Shown piece by piece: positions 31,654-42,095 of a stretch of 64,000 nucleotides of DNA. Source of the DNA: Thermoanaerobaculia bacterium (GTDB lineage Bacteria; Acidobacteriota; Thermoanaerobaculia; Multivoradales; UBA5704); assembly GCA_044226625.1 (NCBI GenBank), contig JBGAGQ010000027.1, forward strand, positions 1-64,000, in the 5' to 3' direction. Both the position numbers and the translations under genes were made by a program. The notes below the pieces were generated by a model. The model was not told the origin of the DNA, made no database searches, and saw only the letters and a program-made list of their open reading frames with translations. How positions within the stretch are numbered: the stretch's first letter is position 1; the number at the start of each line of letters is the position of its first letter.

Positions 31654-32949
31654 TCAACGTTGTGGCGTAACGCCCGCGACCGGCCTTTCCGGGATGCCGG
31701 CGCGCTTGCGCGGGGTCCCCTCCTCGAGCGGCGAGTCGGCGCGGAGTAGGTCGTTGAAGGTGGCGACCGCTTCCGGAGAGGAGAGGATTCCTTGGTGGTT
31801 CTCGGCGAACCCGTGGACCCTACGAGCCTCGGATTGCGACGCCGGAGTCAATTGGCTTCGCAGGGTGACGGTTCCGTCGTTAGCGGAGCGAAATAGGTCC
31901 CGGTTTCCTCGGTAGCCGAAGAACAGATGGAAATCCACCTCCGGCGGGAGCCGCTTTTGAAATAAGCCAACCAGGAAGGGGCCGCCTGGACGCACGTCGT
32001 CCCATGCCGGCCGGGACGGCGCGAGGCGGGCCCGCTCCTCGCCGGCCCAAGGGGTGGAAAACGAAACGAAAAGTCGGACGTAGGAGAACCGGTCGTGGTA
32101 GCTACCGAGGAAGTTTCGGACCACCAGACCGCCGAAACTGTGCGCGGCGATCTGAAGCGTAGCGAAACGGTACCGCTCGTGGAGGATCGACAACTGTCGA
32201 TAGAGGAGCTCCGAAAGCAGCGCGGCCCCGGCGCCCGAAGGATAGGAGTAGATCCAGGGTTGAAACCGGGTCCTGTCGAGGTGATCGATGACGAACCGCC
32301 AATCTCTCGGCGTTCCGGTCGCTCCGTGCACGAAGAGAACCGGTATTCGCCGCGGATCGAACGGCTCGAGAAAATAGATAACCGCTCCCCGCTCTTCGAG
32401 CGAGGTAAAGGGAGCCCAGTAGGCTCGCTTGCCGTTCCTTTCTGAGAACGATTCGTCGTCGAGCCGGACGATCTGGCCCGGTCGCATGCAGCGCGACGAA
32501 CGGATCGAAGCGAGTCGGCCGCGCGAAATGGGAAGCGGCCACGCAGAGATTTCGTTCTCGGTGAGCGCGACCTCGATCGAGGGTGTAGCCTCCTCGTCCG
32601 TTGATGCTGAGCTGTATGTCCCGGAGGGCTCGCCAGAGTCGAGTGCGAGGTTTCCGTTCGAATCGCCGAAAGCGAGGACCCGATACCTTCCCTTAGGAAT
32701 GAGCGCTTCGAAGCTCCCCGGTTGGTCGAGGAGGATCCGTCGAGATGGCTCAAACCGTCCGTTGTGATCTATCCAGACGACAATTACGACGGGGCGAGCC
32801 CAAGGGACCGTCGCCGAGATTCGGCCGGTCAGCAGGTTCGATGTCGAAAGCTCCTTCGATTCGAGGTTGAACCGCGCGAGCGTACAGCCGGCAAGTAGGC
32901 AAGCGCCGGCCCCTAAGGCGCTCAGCTCTCGGCAGAGGGTTTTGAGCAT
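31654..32949 (-). CDS. Alpha/beta hydrolase (lipase/esterase-like) lipoprotein
   Basis: LAGC lipobox; PVLFVHG, AHSFGG, NDGTV, ENH. Confidence 0.85.
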   Translation of the reverse strand: MLKTLCRELSALGAGACLLAGCTLARFNLESKELSTSNLLTGRISATVPWARPVVIVVWIDHNGRFEPSRRILLDQPGSFEALIPKGRYRVLAFGDSNGNLALDSGEPSGTYSSASTDEEATPSIEVALTENEISAWPLPISRGRLASIRSSRCMRPGQIVRLDDESFSERNGKRAYWAPFTSLEERGAVIYFLEPFDPRRIPVLFVHGATGTPRDWRFVIDHLDRTRFQPWIYSYPSGAGAALLSELLYRQLSILHERYRFATLQIAAHSFGGLVVRNFLGSYHDRFSYVRLFVSFSTPWAGEERARLAPSRPAWDDVRPGGPFLVGLFQKRLPPEVDFHLFFGYRGNRDLFRSANDGTVTLRSQLTPASQSEARRVHGFAENHQGILSSPEAVATFNDLLRADSPLEEGTPRKRAGIPERPVAGVTPQR

Positions 32950-33151
32950 GAACCGTCTCGTTTGGTTCCAGCCACGGCATTGTGGTCGTTCAAACTATTG
33001 AGACCCGCCGCGCGAGGGTTTGTGTCGAGACGTTTTCCGGCGGCCGAGCGACATCCGGAGTTTCTCCCCGCCGCAGCGCGGGGGATGTCCTCCGCGGGCG
33101 AGGTGACCGTGTTCTTCTGAGGCTTCGACGACCCCTTGTGATCCATGCGAA

Positions 33152-33173
33152 AAGCCCCGGCGAGCCGGGGCTT
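33152..33173 (-). terminator. Putative intrinsic terminator
   Basis: 9-bp stem aagccccgg/ccggggctt, short U-run on the minus strand, downstream of 33210-34163. Confidence 0.55.
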
Positions 33174-33209
33174 CGAGCCTTCGATAGGGGGGTGGCTACG
33201 CTCGGGAGC

Positions 33210-34163
33210 TCAGCACAGCCAAGGCAGCACGTCGCCGTACGAGGAGCAGTTCGGCTCCGAGTACTGGTAAACCCAGCAATCGATATTGAAGTAGAAGATC
33301 TGGGTGGTCACCGTCTCGCTGCAGTCGGAGTTGATCGTGGTGGTGGTCACGGTCTGCTTGATCTGCCGGGTGTAGCGTCGATAGATGCCCTTGGGGAAGA
33401 ACCCACCGCTCGTATGGCATTGATAGACCGAGGTCGGCGTGGTGCTTACGGTCGAGAAGGTGGTGGTGCTGCTGGAGCTGGGTTGGCAGGTGTTGCAGCT
33501 GAACTCCAGGCAGTCGAGATAGAGCCAGTAGCAATTGTCGTAGCAGGACGCCGAGCCGAACTGGCCGCAGCGATAGTAGTTGCAGTCTTCGAGCTCGGCG
33601 TAGCAGGCGTCGGTGCAGGCGCTCTTCTGGTGGGGTCGAGCCGAGGCTTCCGTGCGGACGGTCGAACGGATCGCTTGAGGCGCGATCGCGCCTTCGGCGA
33701 GCGTGCGTCCCTTGCGCTCAAGAGCCGCGAACGTTTCGACGCGGAGCGCCTTGCCGTTGTGTGAGATCGCCACGTCGGCGGTTCCGTCGCCGATCGTTCG
33801 GCGAAGGAGATTCAGCCGGGAGGGATGGGTCGAGAAAAGCTCCACCACGGGGCGCGCGGCGAAATCGAAGCTCGCGTCGCTGCTTCGGTTTTCGACCAGC
33901 TCGACCTCTTCGGTCGAGAAGATCGCGCCGTTGCGCCGGACCTCGAACTGGAAGCGGTCGCCCGGGGCGAAGCTCGAATCGAGCTCGACGTAAAGCGGAG
34001 CCTCGATCGCCTCGGCGAGGACGATTTTCTCCTTCGGCAGGCCGACCGCGTCGGCGATCCCTTGGCGAACGCATCGATCGTCGGCGGTGGCGGCCTGAAG
34101 CGGTAGGAGAGCGAGGCCGAGGAGGACGAGGGGACGGAGAGAGAGACGGACGGATCGAGACAT
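33210..34163 (-). CDS. Secreted protein with a Cys-rich C-terminal domain
   Basis: Signal peptide; helical Cys-rich motif CTDACYAELEDC...CYDNC..YLDCLEFSC. Confidence 0.75.
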   Translation of the reverse strand: MSRSVRLSLRPLVLLGLALLPLQAATADDRCVRQGIADAVGLPKEKIVLAEAIEAPLYVELDSSFAPGDRFQFEVRRNGAIFSTEEVELVENRSSDASFDFAARPVVELFSTHPSRLNLLRRTIGDGTADVAISHNGKALRVETFAALERKGRTLAEGAIAPQAIRSTVRTEASARPHQKSACTDACYAELEDCNYYRCGQFGSASCYDNCYWLYLDCLEFSCNTCQPSSSSTTTFSTVSTTPTSVYQCHTSGGFFPKGIYRRYTRQIKQTVTTTTINSDCSETVTTQIFYFNIDCWVYQYSEPNCSSYGDVLPWLC

Positions 34164-34371
34164 CGGAAGACTCCTTCCATGAGCCGATTGGTCGCTTGCA
34201 CCGGCCCCGGGACCGGTGCCCGAGTCGAGGGCGAATCACGAGATCGCCTGAAAAGCTCGCTCTGGAAGGATTGGCGGAAACTCGAACAGGGTCACATCAA
34301 CGTCTACTGCCGCGTCGATTCCTCCGGGGTCCGAGATGTCGTTCTCGGACCCCGGAAGGAGCGCCCGAACT

Positions 34372-35604
34372 TTACGGCGTGCCGCCGCGCACCGCGCGGA
34401 CGCGGGCGGTGTTCGCCTTGGCGCTGGGGTTCGTCGAGCCGTAGTTGTCGAGACACCAAGCCGAATTCGTGCCACTCGCTCGGGTGGTCGAGGTCCAGTA
34501 GGCCGACTGGAACGTGCAGCTCCCGGTGAGGACGCTTACTCCTGGAACGCAGTTGGTCTGAAACGCCGTCGGGATGGCCCACTGCTTCTCGAAGTCGGCG
34601 AGGCTCAGCAGCTCGCGGACGTTCGGGATGCGCCAATCGTGATAGCCGGCAAAGCCCACGATCCCCTCGACGTTGACGTCGTCGATCCAGTCCCAGACCG
34701 TCTCCTCGAAGCCGTTGCCCGACCACCAGTAGATGTTGTCTTTGTCGTGGAGGCCGCCCGCGTCGCCCTTCTTTTCCCAGACGAGGCCGGTGTTCAGGTC
34801 GGTGATCGTGCCGTTGCCGTTGTCCGCGAAGGCGAGCGGCGCTCCCGCGCGCAGAGTGCCGTCGTCCGGCACGGCGACGGGGCCGGGAATGCCGTCGTTC
34901 TTGTTGGCGGGATAGGCGGTCGTCTGCCCCGTCGCCGGGAAAGCGCCCGGGCCGGAGCCTCCGCCGCGCACCGCGCGCACTCGCATGCCGGACGACTTGT
35001 CATACGGAAAGAGCGAGCCGTCGTAGAAGGAGACGCCCCAGCCCATGCCGGTGCTGCGCGCCCAGGTCGTCGACGACCAATGGGGGCCGGAGAGCGTGCA
35101 GCTTCCGGTGATCACCGTGGCGCCGGGAACGCATCCCTGGTTGAACGCCGTTTCGATCATCGGTGCGGCGAGCTGGAAGGCCACCAGGCTCTCGAGCTCT
35201 TTGGCGTTCGGCAGCCGCCAGTCGGAGTAACCGGCGTAGCCCGTGCCCCCTTCGACGTTGACGTCGTCGAGCCAGTCCCAGACGGTCTCCAAAGTGCCGG
35301 GGCCGGTCCATCCGTAGGCGTTGTCCTTGTCGTGGAGACCGCCGTTGTCGCCCTTCTTTTCCCACATGAGGCCGGTGTTCAGATCGGTCACCGTGCCGTC
35401 GCCGTTGTCGGCGAAGCTCAGCGTGGCACCCGCCTGAACCGCGCCGTCGTCGGCGACGGCGACCGCGGCGACGATGCCGTCGATCTTGTTCGAGGTAAAG
35501 GAAGTCGTCTGGCCCGTCGCGGGGAAATCGAGCGCCGAGGCCGGGAGAGCCGGACCCATCGCCAGGAGGGCGAGGGAGATGAAGCGAAGCGATATGCGAT
35601 CCAT
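34372..35604 (-). CDS. Secreted protein with two DUF1566 (Lcl C-terminal) domains
   Basis: Duplicated DNG.GT.TDLNTGL.WEKK ... DWRLPN.KEL ... VRAVRGG. Confidence 0.9.
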   Translation of the reverse strand: MDRISLRFISLALLAMGPALPASALDFPATGQTTSFTSNKIDGIVAAVAVADDGAVQAGATLSFADNGDGTVTDLNTGLMWEKKGDNGGLHDKDNAYGWTGPGTLETVWDWLDDVNVEGGTGYAGYSDWRLPNAKELESLVAFQLAAPMIETAFNQGCVPGATVITGSCTLSGPHWSSTTWARSTGMGWGVSFYDGSLFPYDKSSGMRVRAVRGGGSGPGAFPATGQTTAYPANKNDGIPGPVAVPDDGTLRAGAPLAFADNGNGTITDLNTGLVWEKKGDAGGLHDKDNIYWWSGNGFEETVWDWIDDVNVEGIVGFAGYHDWRIPNVRELLSLADFEKQWAIPTAFQTNCVPGVSVLTGSCTFQSAYWTSTTRASGTNSAWCLDNYGSTNPSAKANTARVRAVRGGTP

Positions 35605-35696
35605 GGTTCGTTGTCCTTTTGGGGGGGAAGGGGCCCGTCGGCCGAGCTGTGTCCGACGGGCTCGTTTTCAGTAAGCTTTTCGTCCGGGAGATGCGA

Positions 35697-36425
35697 TCAG
35701 TCGTCGTGTCCGCCGCGGACGACGAGCGTGTAATTGACACCGGTGACCGAGGCGTCGGCCTGCACCATGCGGAAGTTGAGGTGGTGAACGCCGGGCCGGA
35801 GCGGCTTGAGGAAGAGGAAATAGCCGTCCGAGATCGCCGGGGTGCGATCGCCCGGAGAGAGCCCGAGGTCGGTGAGGAACGACGGACTCGGAACGTGGAG
35901 CGTGAAACCTCCGGGCGGGCTCGTAGTGCGGAAGGCGAACAGGTCTTCGATCGGCTGGCCGTCGAGCACGGCCTCGAACGTCACCGCCGGCGCCGCCGGC
36001 ACGTCGTTGTTGACGTCGCAGCGGACCCGCTCCGCGGCGGTCGCGAGCTGGGCACACGGATCGTCCGCCGCCGGGAACTCGGGCGCGAAGCTCACGAAGA
36101 CGCCGCCGAGCGAAACGAAGAGCGCCTTGCCGGAGGGGATTTCACAGGTGCGGTCGGCGACGCCCTCGAACGTGCTGGCGAGAAACCAGACCTTGCCGTG
36201 CTGGTTCTTCGCGCAGAAGCGGCCATCCGGATCGAAGGCCGGGTTGGTCGCGATCGGCTCGGTCGTGAGCCACTGCGCCCACTGGTCGCCGAGCTCGTTG
36301 TAGGACTTTCCGGCGAACTCCTGGCCGGGCTCGACGACGTTGTCCTTGGCCTGGACGACGAGGGACGACACGAGAAGGCCGAATCCCAGGGTGAGGACCT
36401 TCCAGATCTGCGTATTGGTTTTCAT
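35697..36425 (-). CDS. Secreted hypothetical protein
   Basis: AAGGAG RBS; signal peptide; WAQW..., VWFLAST, DGYFLFLKPL. Confidence 0.8.
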   Translation of the reverse strand: MKTNTQIWKVLTLGFGLLVSSLVVQAKDNVVEPGQEFAGKSYNELGDQWAQWLTTEPIATNPAFDPDGRFCAKNQHGKVWFLASTFEGVADRTCEIPSGKALFVSLGGVFVSFAPEFPAADDPCAQLATAAERVRCDVNNDVPAAPAVTFEAVLDGQPIEDLFAFRTTSPPGGFTLHVPSPSFLTDLGLSPGDRTPAISDGYFLFLKPLRPGVHHLNFRMVQADASVTGVNYTLVVRGGHDD

Positions 36426-36466
36426 TTCAATCTCCTTCGAGTGGGCTCCGTTGGTTCGGAGGAAAG

Positions 36467-36492
36467 CCGCGGCCCCGTCCATGGGGCCGCGG
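36467..36492. other. Perfect 10-bp GC hairpin between co-oriented genes
   Basis: ccgcggcccc-gtccat-ggggccgcgg. Confidence 0.5.
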
Positions 36493-36548
36493 AAGTTGCG
36501 TTCGATGGATCAATCGGAATTACGTCGCGAAAGATGACAGTGGGGTTT

Positions 36549-39227
36549 TCAATTGGCGGCGAGCGACGCCTGGACCTGTTCGAGGAGCCCGATCAGCAGG
36601 GCCGCCCGAGGGTCCGTGAGGCCGTCCCCTTGCGCGCGCTCGATCCAGGTCACGGCTTGCCGAAGGAAGGCGATCGCCGCGGCGTCGTTGCCGGCCTTGA
36701 TCTTGTCGAGCGCTCCGTTCTGGCCGTTGGGATTGCCGACCAGCGCTTTCCTCGCCTTCTGGAGATCGCCCGCAATCCGACCGCTCGGTGCCCCTTGGAT
36801 CACGGCATCGAGCAGGGGAACGATCTCTTCGACCGCCTGCTGCGGCGTGACGACTCGCACGCTCGCCGCGAGGTTTCCGACCCCACCGTCGTCGTCCGTG
36901 ACGGTGACCCCGACCGAGAGTGCCCCCGCGGCGAGATAGCGATGCCGCGCGGAGAGCGCGCCCGTCGCGTCGCCGAACGCCTCGTCGAAGGTGAGGAACG
37001 TCGCCTGCGCGTCGGTCGTGCCGTCGCCCCAGGCCATGGTTGCGGATTGGTGGTCGAGCACGCCCGGGTCCGTGAACGTCGCCGTCGCCGTCACCGGCAC
37101 GCGGGTGAGGACGAAGGGAACGTCGACCCCCACCTGGCGGCCGGCACCATCGGCGATCCGGACGGGCGAGAGCTGCGGCGCGACGTTGTTGACGTGGACG
37201 TTCGCGGTCGCGAGACCCACGGGGCCGCCCGTGGGGTGCTGCGCTTCGGCGGGCACGACGACATCGGTCGGGCCGTCGAGCGCGAGGGCGCTCAAGGTGA
37301 CGGCGGTGCCGGAGGTCTCGTAGCTGCCGTTCCGGTCGAGATCCCAGCGGAGCGCCGTCGGCGTCGCGTAGTAGGCGGTGCAGTCGGGAAGGAACTGGAC
37401 GGCGTCGATCTCTTGGTCGACGTCGTCGGTGCCGCCGTCGTTCAAGACGAACGCGAGGTCGGGGTCCTGATGCTCGGTTCCATCGCCGATCAGAGTGCGC
37501 GCTTCATCGATCTCCGGACCGACGTGATCGATCGCAAAGATCGAGCAGCCGGCGGGGGCGTACCACTTCCACGACCGCGGGAGGTCGGCGAAATCGAAGG
37601 CGATCGGAGGATCGGGAGCCGGACGCGGAATGACCTGTCGCTCCAGGCGAGAGAAGTCGTCGAAGTCGTCGAGGTCGACGTCGGCGAAATCGATCGTGGG
37701 ATAGAGCGATTTGAAGTCGGTGCCCGCGTAGAGCTGGATCCACGCCTGGGTGACCGGCGCTTTGGCCGTGCCGGTGAGCGTCGTCGTCCGTCCTTCGTCC
37801 ACTTCGAACGGCCCGTCGACCTGGGCCGCCGGAAGGAGCGTCGGACTCCCTTCGCGGACGACGTCGCGGTGGCGCCATTCGCCCGCCTTCACCGTGCCGT
37901 TGGGACCGTCGTTGTCGTGCTCGGTGGCGTAGAAGATCAGCTCGCCGCTCGGACTGACGTAAAAACCCGTGGCCGCCGCGGTGTTGGCGAGCTTGTCGCT
38001 TCCCCCGGTGCTCGGGAACGGCGAGATCCGCTTGCCGTGCACCAACATCGTGAGCTGAATGTCGTCGCCCGGCGCGCAGTCCGTCGTCTGCCGGTCGACA
38101 TGAAACAGGTCGATCCGGTCGTGATCGCCGAACACCGGATTGCCGCGCGCGCCGGCCATGAACAGATCGCCGAGCTCGCCGTTGGGACCGGTCTCGCGGA
38201 GGAATTGAAACGTTTGGTGGGGATCTTCGACCTCCGGCACGCGGGTGCTCGACACGAACTCCCAGTCGAGATCCGGGCTCGACAGATCGCCGATCGTCGA
38301 GCGGTAGAAGTAGATTGGGTCGTGGTCCTCGAACCCGCCCTTGACCGCCATCAAGTAGAGGCCGTTCTCGAGCGGGGTGACGCCGAGACCGTCCGCGCCC
38401 TGGAGCGGTTTGCGCTGCGGGTCGTACGCGGGCCGGTCCATCGGCGCGAACTGGCTGCGAAACACCGGAGCTTCCGGATCGCTCACGTCGAAGAACAGGA
38501 TCGCGGTGGGATGCGGCGCCACGTCGTAGCTCGGATCGGGGATCGGCGGCAGGGGATGCTCGGGGGTCGAATCGGGATTGGGGATCGTCGGCCGCTTCGG
38601 CGATTCGTTGGCGATCGCGAGCATGTGTCCGACCAGCTGCATGCCGCCCGGATGGCCGTAGACGCGCTGCACCGGACCGGGGCCTTCGCCGTTTCGGAAG
38701 ACGAGACCGGGACGCCGAGCGGGATCCGGGTCGTTCGGATCGCCGCCCACCACGGTGAAGAAGATCGTCGCCACGTCCTCGGCCGGCGGCTCGGTGTCGT
38801 CGACGTGCACGCCCTTTTTCAGGCGGTTGCTCCGCAGCCGCTCGCCGTTCTTGTCGCGCGAGCCCATGCGGAAGACGACGAGGTTGCCGTTGCGGGTTTC
38901 GCCCGGCGAGTCGTCACAGACCAGCTCGTCGGGGAGCACGGGAATGTCGGGGGTGTTGCCGCTCCGGGTGACGAGAAAGAACGGCGTGCCGTCCGCGCCG
39001 TCGACGCGGGTGATCGCTTGGTAATGCCGGCATTGGCTCGGATTCGGCGTCGTGCTGCGATGGAAGCCGAGCGGATCGGCGAGCTCGGTGAGCGCTTTGA
39101 ATTGCTCGACCACGTGGGGTACGAGCCGCAGCCCGTCCGCCCGACCGCTCGACTGCGCGCCGGCCGGACCGGCTAGCACCACGAGCGCCGCGAGGCCCGC
39201 GGCCCTGAATGACGTCTGTACGTTCAT
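36549..39227 (-). CDS. Large secreted protein with PKD/Ig-like C-terminal domains
   Basis: AAGGAG RBS; signal peptide; WDLDRNGSYET, VNNVAP, WGDG, VTVTDDDGG. Confidence 0.82.
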   Translation of the reverse strand: MNVQTSFRAAGLAALVVLAGPAGAQSSGRADGLRLVPHVVEQFKALTELADPLGFHRSTTPNPSQCRHYQAITRVDGADGTPFFLVTRSGNTPDIPVLPDELVCDDSPGETRNGNLVVFRMGSRDKNGERLRSNRLKKGVHVDDTEPPAEDVATIFFTVVGGDPNDPDPARRPGLVFRNGEGPGPVQRVYGHPGGMQLVGHMLAIANESPKRPTIPNPDSTPEHPLPPIPDPSYDVAPHPTAILFFDVSDPEAPVFRSQFAPMDRPAYDPQRKPLQGADGLGVTPLENGLYLMAVKGGFEDHDPIYFYRSTIGDLSSPDLDWEFVSSTRVPEVEDPHQTFQFLRETGPNGELGDLFMAGARGNPVFGDHDRIDLFHVDRQTTDCAPGDDIQLTMLVHGKRISPFPSTGGSDKLANTAAATGFYVSPSGELIFYATEHDNDGPNGTVKAGEWRHRDVVREGSPTLLPAAQVDGPFEVDEGRTTTLTGTAKAPVTQAWIQLYAGTDFKSLYPTIDFADVDLDDFDDFSRLERQVIPRPAPDPPIAFDFADLPRSWKWYAPAGCSIFAIDHVGPEIDEARTLIGDGTEHQDPDLAFVLNDGGTDDVDQEIDAVQFLPDCTAYYATPTALRWDLDRNGSYETSGTAVTLSALALDGPTDVVVPAEAQHPTGGPVGLATANVHVNNVAPQLSPVRIADGAGRQVGVDVPFVLTRVPVTATATFTDPGVLDHQSATMAWGDGTTDAQATFLTFDEAFGDATGALSARHRYLAAGALSVGVTVTDDDGGVGNLAASVRVVTPQQAVEEIVPLLDAVIQGAPSGRIAGDLQKARKALVGNPNGQNGALDKIKAGNDAAAIAFLRQAVTWIERAQGDGLTDPRAALLIGLLEQVQASLAAN

Positions 39228-39548
39228 GTCCCGCTCCTTCGGAGGCGCACGGTTCCCCGAGGACGCACCGAAGCGCCCGGAAACTCGTCGCCGACGGGTT
39301 GGTTTGGATTCCCGCCCGCCCGAATCGGGCGCGCGTTGAGGTCGACATGGAATCAATCGAACTTCAGTAAGGAAAGACGACAGGACGGCGAGCTTCCGGT
39401 TCCACCGGAGGTGCGGCTACGAGGGCCCGCGCGGCGTCGCGCCTCGTCTCAGACGTGCGAGCGGGGAAGACTTCTGGTGCGAATCGGAGGAAAGGGGAGC
39501 GGAATGGAAAGGACTACGGCCGAAGCCTCGTTCGGAAGGTGACGCCGC

Positions 39549-42095
39549 TCAGCCCTTCGATCGGTATCTCGCCGCGCGCTCCGGTTTTCCTTCCGCCTGA
39601 TAGAGGGCGACCAGGCGGCCGAGGTTTGCGCGCGCCTCGCGGGTTTCTTGGCCTTCGGAGCCGGGGGTCCGTTTGAGAATCTCGAACGCTCGGAGGAGGT
39701 GGGGCTCCGCTTCGGCGTGGCGGCCGAGTCCGAGGTAGGCGGCACCGAGCAGGCTTTCGGTCGATCCGAGGCGCCAGTCTCGATCGCCGGCGTGTCCTTG
39801 CTGGACCTCGAGCGCGTGACGCAGGAGCGGCTCGGCCACGGCGGGACGACCCTGATCGAGATAGATGCGGGCGAGACCGATCTCGTGGCGGGCGACGGTC
39901 GGGTGGTCCGGTCCGAGGGCGGGCCGAGAGATCGCCAGGGCCTCGGAGTTCTTCGCCTCCGCCTCGGACAGCTTTCCCTGCAGCCGAAGGACCTCCGCGA
40001 GACCCGCCAGGCGCTGCGAATAGCGGGGATGCGCGGTCCCCAACGCCTCGCCGGTGATCGCGAGCGCCTCGCGGAACATTCTCTCGGCGGTCCTGTAGTC
40101 GCCGCGTTGGCCGATCGTTCCAGCCAGGTTGGCGAGCGCGGTGCCGACGTCCGGATGCCGGGGGCCGCGGGTCTCGCGGTTGACCTCCACGGTCGCCCGG
40201 AACAGCTTCTCGGCTTCGGCCCGATCGCCTTTGTGGTCGAGCAGGTGGGCAAGGTCGTTCATGCTGGTCGCCGTCTCGTGGTCGCGGGGACCGAGCACCT
40301 TGCGCCGGATCGACAGCGCGAGGCGGCAGTGCACTTCCGCCTCCAAGTAGCGCCCTTGATCGGCCAGCACGCGGCTCAGCTCGCTCTCGGAGACGGCGAC
40401 CTCCGGGTGCTCGGGCCCCAGAAACTGGCGGCGCATCGCGAGCGCCTCTTCGAGCGTGAGCCGCGCGGGCTCGAGCTGCGCCCGCTGCCCTTGCGTGACG
40501 CCGAGGTCGTGGAGGCTCTGGGCGAGCTCGCGGCCCGGGCCGAGGGTCGTCCGCCCGACGGCGACCGCCTGTTCGAGCAGCGGCAGCGCTTTCTCGTACT
40601 CCCCGCGCCGTTGCAGGATGCGGCCGAGGAGGGTGAGCAGCTTGCCCTGGACCTCGGGCTGGCCGGCCAGGTCGCGCTGCGCCTGAGCCGCCCCGGCGTC
40701 GAGCAGTCCTTCCACCGTCGACTCGCGCCGACCCTCGTCGAACGGATCGGTATGGGTCAACAAACCGGTCAGGAAGTCGCTGACCTTCTCCGCCTTCTGC
40801 GCCTCCAGGCGAACCCGGTCCCGTTCGTGCGCGAGCCGGGTGGCGTAGTACGCCACGATGGACGCCAGGGCGAGGGCCGCCACGGCGGCGGCCGCAAGGA
40901 TTCGGGCGTGGCGCCGCGCGAACTTTGCGGTGCGGTAGGCGAGCGAGTCGGGTCGGGCGAGGATCGGCTCCTTGGCGAGATAGCGGCGGAGGTCTTCGTA
41001 CAAGGCGGCGACCGAGGGATACCGCTCCTGCGGGCGCTTCTTGAGCGCCTTGGCGACGATGAGGTCGAGGTCGCCGCGCAGCTCGCGCCGCAGGCGCTCG
41101 GGGGTGCTCGAGCGCTCGAGCGCCGTCTTCGCCTGCTCCTCGGTCGGCCGGGCGCGCGTGTCGCGGACGACGTGAGATGGACGGTCAGGATCGGTCTCGA
41201 GGATCGACCGCAGCATTTCGGCCGGCGAGGCCCCCGGGCCGCCCGCGGGATGGCGTCCCGCGAGCAGCAGGTAGAGCAGGGCGCCTAGCGCATAGACGTC
41301 GGTCGCCGTGGTTACGCTCTCGCCCAGGACCTGCTCGGGCGCGGCGAAAGCCGGGGTGAAGGCCTGGCGCGCATCCCGGGTCAACTGGGTCGGCGCGCCG
41401 TCCTCGCCCTCGAGGAGCTTGGCGATGCCGAAGTCCAGGAGCTTGACCCGGCCGTCCTTCGACACCATGACGTTGCCGGGCTTGAGATCGCGGTGGACGA
41501 CGAGGTTCGCGTGCGCGTGCTCGACCGCGGCGAGCACGTCGAGGAAGAGGCGCAGGCGAGACGGGACGTCCAGCGAGCGCCGGTCGCACCAGCGGTCGAT
41601 CGGCTCGCCCTCGACGTATTCGAGCACGAGGTAGGGCTGGCCCGCCTCGGAGACGCCGGCGTCGATCAGCTGGGCGATGTGAGGATGCTTGAGGCGAGCG
41701 AGGATCGTCCCCTCGCGGCGGAACCGCGAAGCCCCTTCGGCGCCGAGCAGGGCGGCAGAGAGCAGCTTGACCGCCGCCTTGCCCTCGAACCGGCCGTCGC
41801 TGCGCCGGGCGAGCCAGACGCTGCCCATCCCTCCGGCGCCGAGCGGCTCGAGGAGGGTGTATGCGCCGAAGATCTGGCCGACCAGCTTCGAGTCGCTGAA
41901 CAGATCCTGGGCGTCATGTTCCAGGTACCCCTCGTCGCGCAGCGCCTGCTGCTCGCCGAGCAGGGCTCTCAGGTCGGCGGCGAGCGTGGCGTCCTTCTGC
42001 GCGAGGTCGAGGAGATAGCGCTGGCGCTCCTCGTCGGCCAGCTCGAGCACCTGGTCGAGGTGAGGCGAGACCAGGCGCCAGCGGGCGCTGTTCAA
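39549..42095 (-). CDS. Ser/Thr protein kinase with TM segment and TPR repeats
   Basis: GAGGMGSV, VHRDLKPGN, LLDFGIAK, FAAPEQ; TPR-like repeats; TTG start overlaps the sigma factor stop. Confidence 0.95.
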   Translation of the reverse strand: MNSARWRLVSPHLDQVLELADEERQRYLLDLAQKDATLAADLRALLGEQQALRDEGYLEHDAQDLFSDSKLVGQIFGAYTLLEPLGAGGMGSVWLARRSDGRFEGKAAVKLLSAALLGAEGASRFRREGTILARLKHPHIAQLIDAGVSEAGQPYLVLEYVEGEPIDRWCDRRSLDVPSRLRLFLDVLAAVEHAHANLVVHRDLKPGNVMVSKDGRVKLLDFGIAKLLEGEDGAPTQLTRDARQAFTPAFAAPEQVLGESVTTATDVYALGALLYLLLAGRHPAGGPGASPAEMLRSILETDPDRPSHVVRDTRARPTEEQAKTALERSSTPERLRRELRGDLDLIVAKALKKRPQERYPSVAALYEDLRRYLAKEPILARPDSLAYRTAKFARRHARILAAAAVAALALASIVAYYATRLAHERDRVRLEAQKAEKVSDFLTGLLTHTDPFDEGRRESTVEGLLDAGAAQAQRDLAGQPEVQGKLLTLLGRILQRRGEYEKALPLLEQAVAVGRTTLGPGRELAQSLHDLGVTQGQRAQLEPARLTLEEALAMRRQFLGPEHPEVAVSESELSRVLADQGRYLEAEVHCRLALSIRRKVLGPRDHETATSMNDLAHLLDHKGDRAEAEKLFRATVEVNRETRGPRHPDVGTALANLAGTIGQRGDYRTAERMFREALAITGEALGTAHPRYSQRLAGLAEVLRLQGKLSEAEAKNSEALAISRPALGPDHPTVARHEIGLARIYLDQGRPAVAEPLLRHALEVQQGHAGDRDWRLGSTESLLGAAYLGLGRHAEAEPHLLRAFEILKRTPGSEGQETREARANLGRLVALYQAEGKPERAARYRSKG

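Noticed and set aside
34372-35604. DGR target/template pair in the duplicated DUF1566 domains
   Set aside because: No reverse transcriptase in the window; the two copies are in-frame domains whose differences are not visibly confined to adenines; the Avd-like gene is 28 kb away
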